Shown here: positions 57,333 to 64,000 of the stretch, piece after piece | Layout: the number at the start of each line of letters is the position of its first letter | Numbering within the stretch: the first letter of the stretch is position 1 | From: an uncultured virus (IMG/VR IMGVR_UViG_3300005530_000005) | Lineage: Duplodnaviria; Heunggongvirae; Uroviricota; Caudoviricetes | Length of the DNA stretch: 64,000 nucleotides | Reading direction: 5' to 3' (one strand) | Virus record (IMG/VR): IMGVR_UViG_3300005530_000005 | Translations under genes and position numbers: made by a program | The notes under the pieces: generated by a model | What the model was told of the DNA's origin: nothing | The model's input: the letters and a program-made list of their open reading frames with translations, nothing else | Database searches by the model: none

Positions 57333-58589
57333 TTGAGTACAGAAGCATTACAGCTTCTGAAATTATCATTAAGTCATGAGTTATATGAGCAATATAAGAG
57401 CCTATTTCTGGATGAATTTTTTCCAAGGCCAATTGATAAACTCTGGAATGTAATTAAAGAAGCTCACGAAGAATACAAACGTGATGTAACCGAGGATGAA
57501 GTCCTAGCTCTTGTGTTTGCCAAGAATGGCACTCTTACAACAGCTATGAAAAACAACCTTGGTGAGCTATTAGAAGATGTTAAGCAGCTATCAGCAATTG
57601 GTAATGAAGTTGCCTTAGAGGTACTAAAGGCTGCGCATAAACGGGAACTCGGTCGGGCCATAATCGAGGAAAGTTATTCCTTGATTGAGGGCAGGGATTT
57701 TGATCAATCAAAAGTTCAGACTTATATTGATCAAATATCGGATGGATGTATTTCCAAAGACCATATTGAAGAAGTTCCCACTTCAATTGAAGCTCTGCTA
57801 CAAGAAATAAATAATGGAAAAGGCTGGAGTTTCAATCTAAAATATCTCCATGAAAAGATTCCTCAAGTTCGCCCCGGTGAATTTGCAGTATTTTTTGCCC
57901 GTCCTGAAATTGGCAAAACAGCATTCTGGATTAGTTTAGCTTGTGGTGCTGGTGGATGGTGTGATCAAGGGGCAAATGTTTATGCCCTCTGTAACGAAGA
58001 ATTTGCCAAGCGCAATATGGCTCGTGCTGTATCCTGCGCCTCAAGTATGACATGGGATGAAATTAAAGCTAATCCCGTGGAGGCACAGAAGCGTTGGCAA
58101 GATGTGTCCAGTAAAGTCCATATGTATGACACATTGGACTGGACACTGGATGATATTGATGCATTTTGTGCTGATCGAGAAATTGATATTTTAATTATTG
58201 ATCAGCTTGATAAGTGCAGAACAAATGGACCTAAAGATCAGGCCAATCATGAAAGGCTTGGAGATATTTATACTCGTGCGCGAGAGATTGCCAAGCGTCA
58301 CAATTGTTTTGTTGTGGCTATTAGTCAGGCAAGCAATGACGCACAAGGATTAGATACTATTGATTTTAGTATGCTTGAGGGATCAAAAACACGTAAAGCT
58401 GCGGAGTGTGATTATGCTATTGGTGTTGGCCATAACAGCATCATAGAGCAGTCTGGCAGTAATAATGATGTCAATTTCCGTCTTATTACTGTATCGAAGA
58501 ATAAGGGTACTGGCTGGCACGGATCAGTAGCAGCTAGAATTGATCCTCTTAGGTCTAGATATTTAGATTGTGAGCAGATGGTGAAATGA
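57333..58589 (+). CDS. DnaB-like (SF4) replicative helicase
   Basis: ARPEIGKT Walker A, CNEE, LIIDQLD, ISQA, GSKTRKAAECD, KNK..GWHG. Confidence 0.92.
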   Translation: MSTEALQLLKLSLSHELYEQYKSLFLDEFFPRPIDKLWNVIKEAHEEYKRDVTEDEVLALVFAKNGTLTTAMKNNLGELLEDVKQLSAIGNEVALEVLKAAHKRELGRAIIEESYSLIEGRDFDQSKVQTYIDQISDGCISKDHIEEVPTSIEALLQEINNGKGWSFNLKYLHEKIPQVRPGEFAVFFARPEIGKTAFWISLACGAGGWCDQGANVYALCNEEFAKRNMARAVSCASSMTWDEIKANPVEAQKRWQDVSSKVHMYDTLDWTLDDIDAFCADREIDILIIDQLDKCRTNGPKDQANHERLGDIYTRAREIAKRHNCFVVAISQASNDAQGLDTIDFSMLEGSKTRKAAECDYAIGVGHNSIIEQSGSNNDVNFRLITVSKNKGTGWHGSVAARIDPLRSRYLDCEQMVK

Positions 58590-59083
58590 GAAGAAAAAAT
58601 CAAGATGCTTATAATGCTGCCAAACGAAAGAAATACGCGGAAGATTTAGCTTATAGAAACAAAGTAAAGCAGCAAGCCAGCGATTATCATTTTTTGCACT
58701 ATTACTCGGAAAATGGAGAATATAGAAAGAAACAATTAAATAGTCATATTAAAATTAAAAAAGAATTGCCTATAGAAAAATTACTTTTCAGAAATATTGA
58801 AGCTTCTGCTAAGAGAAGAAATATAGAATTTAATTTATCTATTGATGATATATTTGTCCCTAAAAATTGTCCTCATTGCGGCATTGAATTGAGAAAATAT
58901 ATTGGAGAGAAGAGAAGAGGGCCTGATGCCTACTCTATTGATCGTATAGATAGCTCACGAGGCTATGTAAAAGGGAATATACAAGTGGTGTGCTGGCGAG
59001 CCAATCATTTAAAGAGCGACGGGACGCTGGAAGAATTTGAAAAATTAGTTGATTGGTTGAAAAATGTACAAATTAGTTCTTGA
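58586..59083 (+). CDS. HNH-type homing endonuclease
   Basis: SAKRRNIEFNLSIDDI..CPHCG..SIDRIDSSRGYVKGNIQVVCWRANHLKSD; paralogue of 6415..6846. Confidence 0.88.
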   Translation: MRRKNQDAYNAAKRKKYAEDLAYRNKVKQQASDYHFLHYYSENGEYRKKQLNSHIKIKKELPIEKLLFRNIEASAKRRNIEFNLSIDDIFVPKNCPHCGIELRKYIGEKRRGPDAYSIDRIDSSRGYVKGNIQVVCWRANHLKSDGTLEEFEKLVDWLKNVQISS

Positions 59084-61166
59084 TATCGAAACTAGCACGC
59101 AATGGACCGATGACGGACGCACAGATAGTACACCATATCATCCGGATAATTTCATCGTATCTGTTGGATGGCGATTATTTAATGGTGAAGGGTTTGAAGA
59201 TACTGGCTACATATTTTATGATGATCTTGCTTTTAAAGATGTAATCCAGGATTGTTTAGATAGCGCAGATTTACTCATAGGACATAACCTAAAGTTCGAT
59301 CTTAATTGGTTAAAACAGTGTGGATTCATGTATGACGGCCGCATTTTCGACACTATGCTGGCCGAGTATTTGTTAGCTCGCGGACAAAAGTGGCAACTTA
59401 GTTTAGAAGCCTGTTGTAAACGACGCGGCGTGCAGGAGAAAAAATCTGATCTTATTTCGGACTATTGGAAGAAAAAGATTGGTTTTCAGGACATGCCGCG
59501 TGACTTAGTAACGGAATACGGAATTGGAGATATTGAATCTACTTTTCAGTTATATGAAGTTCATCAGGAGTTATACAAGAGAGACAGGAATAAAGGACTT
59601 ATTCCTACACTAGAAATGTCTTGTGAATTTTTAACTATGTTATTGAAAGTGGAATCCAATGGAATTTATATTAATGGTAATGCTTTACGCGTTATTGAAT
59701 TGGACTATTTGGAGGAAAAGCAAAGGCTTATTCGAGAAATTGATTCTATTTGTGTTCAATTGCTCGGTGATACCCCTTATAATCTTAATTCTCCACAACA
59801 ATTGTCCGAGATTATTTATTCTCGTCGAATAGTTAATAAAAAATTATGGTGCGATACTTTTAATCTTGGTTTAGATGAAAGAGGAAAACCTTTACGTAGA
59901 CCTAGATTGTCTAGTAAGGACTTAAGGAGTGAAATACTTGCTAATACTACTCAAATATATCGTACTGTTGCACATCAATGTTCCGATTGTGGCGGTAGTG
60001 GGCGCATCCATAAACTCACAAAATCTGGACATACCTACAAGAATCTCCCTAAATGCCAAAGCTGTGGCGGTTCTGGCATTATTTATGATGATACTAAGGT
60101 CATTGCTGGACTTGGATTAGGCCCTAGAAATGTGCGCGATCTAACTTCCAACGGATTTTCCACTGATAAGGAAATGTTGGAGTATTTGGCGCGGTTGCCC
60201 AAGACTTCAGAAATTGGTAAGAAACTTTTAAATGGGCTGATACGACTAAATGCTGTGGAGACATACCTTAGTAGCTTTGTTGGAGGCATCCGTAGGGCTA
60301 CACGTGCTAATAAGATTTTGCATTTTAACCTCAATCAATGTGTTACCGCTACTGGTCGTCTATCGTCATCTGATCCCAATTTCCAAAATCAGCCTCGCGG
60401 ACTTACTTTTCCTGTTAAGCGGTGTGTTCGCAGCAGATTTGTTGGAGGACATATTGCTGAAATTGATTTTTCCCAGTTGGAATTTCGTATTGCAGCAGAG
60501 TTAGCACAATGCAAGGTAATGGAAAAGGAAATTAAAGATGGAGTTGATGTACACAAATTCACAGCCGCTACTCTTACTAACGCTGGACAATCCACTTCAA
60601 GACAGGAGGCTAAGCCAAAAACATTCCGTCCACTTTACGGCGGGAAAAGCGGTACGCCTGCTGAGGTCGCCTATAACCGAGCATTCATGGACAAGTATAG
60701 CGGACTACGACGGTGGCATGACGACCTACTCACTACAGCCTGTTACACACATATCATTACCTTGCCAAGCGGACGGGAGTTTCATTTCCCGAATGCCTAC
60801 AGAACGCCGTCTGGTTGGGTAGATGGTGAAACACAGATAAAGAACTTCCCGGTACAAGCTACAGCAACTGCTGATATTGTACCAATTGCTTGCATTCTAT
60901 TGGATAGATATTTTGAAGAACATAAAGTACAGTCTCTCATTATCAATACAGTCCATGATAGTATCATTGTTGATATTTATCCTGGCGAGGAAAACTTAGT
61001 TCTTGATTTGATGGTTAGGGCTTGTATGAATGTCAAGAAAGAGTTTTTCCGTAGATATCAATATGAGATTACAATTCCTCTTGGAGTTGAGGTTAAGATG
61101 GGCAAGACTTGGTTGAGTATGAAGGTTGTTCGAGAAGTTGATGAAGTTAAGGAGAAATGGGAATGA
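59064..61166 (+). CDS. Family A DNA polymerase with DnaJ-type zinc-finger insertion
   Basis: Exonuclease LDIET, GHNLKFD; CSDCGGSG..CQSCGGSG; TATGRLSS, DFSQLE, RQEAK..F..LYG, NFPVQ, VHDS. Confidence 0.95.
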   Translation: MYKLVLDIETSTQWTDDGRTDSTPYHPDNFIVSVGWRLFNGEGFEDTGYIFYDDLAFKDVIQDCLDSADLLIGHNLKFDLNWLKQCGFMYDGRIFDTMLAEYLLARGQKWQLSLEACCKRRGVQEKKSDLISDYWKKKIGFQDMPRDLVTEYGIGDIESTFQLYEVHQELYKRDRNKGLIPTLEMSCEFLTMLLKVESNGIYINGNALRVIELDYLEEKQRLIREIDSICVQLLGDTPYNLNSPQQLSEIIYSRRIVNKKLWCDTFNLGLDERGKPLRRPRLSSKDLRSEILANTTQIYRTVAHQCSDCGGSGRIHKLTKSGHTYKNLPKCQSCGGSGIIYDDTKVIAGLGLGPRNVRDLTSNGFSTDKEMLEYLARLPKTSEIGKKLLNGLIRLNAVETYLSSFVGGIRRATRANKILHFNLNQCVTATGRLSSSDPNFQNQPRGLTFPVKRCVRSRFVGGHIAEIDFSQLEFRIAAELAQCKVMEKEIKDGVDVHKFTAATLTNAGQSTSRQEAKPKTFRPLYGGKSGTPAEVAYNRAFMDKYSGLRRWHDDLLTTACYTHIITLPSGREFHFPNAYRTPSGWVDGETQIKNFPVQATATADIVPIACILLDRYFEEHKVQSLIINTVHDSIIVDIYPGEENLVLDLMVRACMNVKKEFFRRYQYEITIPLGVEVKMGKTWLSMKVVREVDEVKEKWE

Positions 61167-61401
61167 GTAAAGAGTTTAAATGGATTGGTGTAGATTTAGT
61201 GGATCAGATTGAATGCAGATGCGGATGGAAAAGTAAATCTTATTTTGATGGTCAAGTATGGGCGTACCGGGATTGGCAGGAGCATGCAAAAAGTCATTAT
61301 TGCAAACCAGCTATGCAAAATATTAATAGCTCTACTACTTGAAATTTAGAAATTAATCACTACCTATATATTATAATTACTCATATAAGGAGAAAACATA
61401 A

Positions 61402-62256
61402 TTGAGTACAGCACTAGCAACTTTGGATAAAGATACTTCGTTCGATGAGATTGCGCGTATTACCGGCCAGTCTCAGGACCGCGCAGTAAAGAGTTTTCTG
61501 CCGCGCTTTAAGATTAACAAGGATTTTGAAACTGATGAAGGTGTTCAAATTCCTCCAGGCACTTACGCACTGACCCTCGATACAGGTACTGTGTATGCCA
61601 AGACCGCAGCCTTTCGTCCATTCATTAATGCTTTCCAGTATCAGATTTATGATGAACCTACCAATACGTATCCCAACAAGACTATCATTTTCAAAACATG
61701 GTCTGAGGAAGCTATTGATGAGAAGGGCACAGTTAAGTGTGGTAAGGTAACGGGTAAAGCTAAGGATAAGCTTACGGAGGAACAGGTTGCAGCACAGAAG
61801 ATTATCAAGTGCTATCGTAATGTTTACGGCACGGTTACGCTTACAGGTAATAATGAAAAGGGTGAAGAGGTTATTGTAGAGAATGAGCCGTGCTTGTGGC
61901 GAGTTTCTGGTAGTGCCTTCCAGCCTATTGGCGATGCTCTTGATATTGTGACTGCAAGTAAGCGTCCTTATTTTGCTGCGGAACTTGATCTTAATGCTCC
62001 ACAGCGCCAGAAGAAGGGTGCAACTATTTATTACACTCCGGTTATCAAGACTAATTCTAAAGTCCTTCCGTATGCTGAGGCAGAGTTGGTTCTCCTAAAG
62101 AAATTCCAAGAGACTATAGACTTTGAGAATAGGCCAGTTATCGAGAAATACAAAAAAGCTAAAGGGTTTGTTGAACAGGCCGATGCAATGGAAGAGATTA
62201 TTGAGGCGGGCTTCATTGATATGACTGATGACCTTAACGACGATATTGGTATCTGA
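61402..62256 (+). CDS. Single-stranded DNA-binding protein (putative)
   Basis: Follows the polymerase; acidic tail DDLNDDIGI; AAGGAG RBS. Confidence 0.65.
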   Translation: MSTALATLDKDTSFDEIARITGQSQDRAVKSFLPRFKINKDFETDEGVQIPPGTYALTLDTGTVYAKTAAFRPFINAFQYQIYDEPTNTYPNKTIIFKTWSEEAIDEKGTVKCGKVTGKAKDKLTEEQVAAQKIIKCYRNVYGTVTLTGNNEKGEEVIVENEPCLWRVSGSAFQPIGDALDIVTASKRPYFAAELDLNAPQRQKKGATIYYTPVIKTNSKVLPYAEAELVLLKKFQETIDFENRPVIEKYKKAKGFVEQADAMEEIIEAGFIDMTDDLNDDIGI

Positions 62257-62412
62257 TGTACGTAATGGTTAATGTTTATACGGACAAGCCAGTTAGAGTG
62301 ATGTGGTCAGGCTATGAGCGAGTATTCACAAAGAATGATCAATATCCCGCGTGGCCGCATTCTCTGTGTGTTCAATGTCCAGAAAATTCTTTTATAGTTG
62401 AAGAAGTTTTAG

Positions 62413-63276
62413 ATGAATGAAATTCTATTTAAAGTTCAAAGATATCTGGATGATATTAATTTTGGCCGAGCAGAGTGTGATCCAAAACTAATTGAAGAGT
62501 TTGGCGAACGATCCAAAGAACTTCTTAGTAAGAAACTAAATGAAAAGCGTAAGGATAAGTTCACACTCCGTATGTCCAATGTAGGAAGGCCACTGTGCCA
62601 GCTACAAGCTGAAAAGCAAGGTATGGAGCGACAATCTCCCGATAACTTCTTCCCTATGAAGATGATGTTTGGGGATATGATTGAAACTCTAGCTATTGTA
62701 ATTATGAAAGCTGCCGGAGTTGAAATTCAGAATGAGCAAATTCTAGTTTCTAACTTAGAAGGTATTGAGGGGACATTTGATGTCGAGATAGATGGAAAGA
62801 TTTGGGACATCAAGAGTGCGGCAGATTGGTCATTTAATCATAAGTTCAAGAACAGCACTATTCAAGATTTGTGGAGTGATGATAGTTTTGGATATGTGGG
62901 TCAACTTATGAGTTATGCCAAATCTGTGAATAAGCCTGCGGGTGGATGGATTGTAATTAACAAACAAACAGGTGAGTGGACTGTACTAGAAGCCAAATAT
63001 GATGAGCAATTCGAGAAAGAAGTTCTAGATCGAGTTGCAGAGAACACAAGAGTATTAAATAGTAATGAGCCTTTTAAACGATGCTATAGTGATTATCCAG
63101 AACTATTCTATAAGCGAGAGACAGGAAATCGCGTTTTGGGTATTCCATGTACAATGTGCTCTTTTAAATTCTCTTGTTGGCCGAACTTACAAATATATCC
63201 GTCACTCTCTAGCACGGCTAAAAATAAGCCGTTGGTTCACTACACTGTTGTTCAGGAAAAAGACAATACTGAATGA
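62413..63276 (+). CDS. PD-(D/E)XK exonuclease
   Basis: LRMSNVGRPLCQL, GTFDVEIDGKIWDIKSA, GYVGQL..Y, CTMCSFKFSCW. Confidence 0.85.
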   Translation: MNEILFKVQRYLDDINFGRAECDPKLIEEFGERSKELLSKKLNEKRKDKFTLRMSNVGRPLCQLQAEKQGMERQSPDNFFPMKMMFGDMIETLAIVIMKAAGVEIQNEQILVSNLEGIEGTFDVEIDGKIWDIKSAADWSFNHKFKNSTIQDLWSDDSFGYVGQLMSYAKSVNKPAGGWIVINKQTGEWTVLEAKYDEQFEKEVLDRVAENTRVLNSNEPFKRCYSDYPELFYKRETGNRVLGIPCTMCSFKFSCWPNLQIYPSLSSTAKNKPLVHYTVVQEKDNTE

Positions 63277-63509
63277 CAGTTGTATGAAAGTTATCATCAG
63301 TTTCCATGATGGTATTCGTATGATGCTCCTGGTGACTGAAACAGAAGCAAAGAAAGTAATTAAAGATTATCAGCAAATGAAACCTGTTTCAATTACTAAT
63401 ATCGATAATGAAATCTTTGCTTTTGATGGTGGCTTGATTAGATTGCTCACAGTTAGTAAAGTACTGGAACCACAGGATTGGACACGAGTTTTTGATCGGC
63501 TAGTTTCTA

Positions 63510-63857
63510 ATGAAGATTAGTAGCGCCAAAAATAAAGGTCGTACTTTGCAAAAATGGATAGTGGAACAAATTCTATCTCGAACAAAACTCTCAGAGAACG
63601 ACGTAAAAAGCTGTTCAATGGGAAACAATGGGATGGATGTTCAGCTATCAGAAGCTGCCCGCAAGAAGTTCCCGTGGGCGGTAGAGGCGAAGAACCAGGA
63701 AAGATTTAAAGGAATATATGATATTTATAAACAAGCATCGACGAATGCAGCAGGATTGACCCCACTTGTAATCATTAAGATCAATCGTCAACAGCCGTTA
63801 GCAATTCTCGATGCTAGTTTATTTTTTGATTTAGTATTTAAAAAGAAAGAAAAGTAA
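63510..63857 (+). CDS. Holliday junction resolvase-like endonuclease
   Basis: SAKNKGRTLQKW..SMG..GMDVQLS..AVEAKNQE..PLVIIK. Confidence 0.85.
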   Translation: MKISSAKNKGRTLQKWIVEQILSRTKLSENDVKSCSMGNNGMDVQLSEAARKKFPWAVEAKNQERFKGIYDIYKQASTNAAGLTPLVIIKINRQQPLAILDASLFFDLVFKKKEK

Positions 63858-64000
63858 TGAGTTTAACACTAACATTTACTCCAGCAGAGGGCGGACGATT
63901 TTCCGCTTCTATGGATTTTAATCCTCCAGAGGATATGCCAGAGGAAATTCAGCAGTTCTACACAATCCTCGGACATGGCCTATTGGCTTATGCTACGGCA

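Noticed and set aside
61338..61369. Third RpoH-like promoter before the SSB gene
   Set aside because: The CTTGAA to CCTATAT spacing is 19 bp, longer than consensus, and the 28-bp repeat is absent.
62413..63276. Cas4 / CRISPR adaptation gene
   Set aside because: A PD-(D/E)XK exonuclease in its usual replication-module position; no array or other cas genes.
1..64000. Stop-codon reassignment
   Set aside because: Core genes are full length under the standard code and coding density is high.

Overview
Most of a podovirus-like dsDNA phage genome, probably close to complete and circularly permuted. Its family-A DNA polymerase carries a DnaJ-type CxxCxGxG insertion, the hallmark of HMO-2011-type phages; an alphaproteobacterial host is inferred, not shown. 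Layout: nucleotide metabolism (HD hydrolase, MazG-like, class II RNR; 1-5.3 kb, +); lysis, virion and packaging genes (5.4-31.1 kb, -); a non-coding/early island bounded by IHF-site clusters (31.1-37.3 kb); an accessory region of small genes (37.4-54.8 kb, +); replication genes (54.9-64 kb, +). No integrase, RNA polymerase, reverse transcriptase or CRISPR array was seen. Best candidate for an undescribed system: an operon (46.9-50 kb) pairing a tRNA-Glu-like RNA whose anticodon arm is replaced by a long stem with a glutamyl-tRNA synthetase lacking its anticodon-binding domain. Other highlights: two early ORFs each enclosed by a conserved ~25-bp RNA stem, at least 11 small paralogues with constant ends and variable middles, clustered C-terminal Ala-Ala degrons, and nested domain repeats in the tail nozzle. 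All assignments come from motif recognition by eye; no database search was run.
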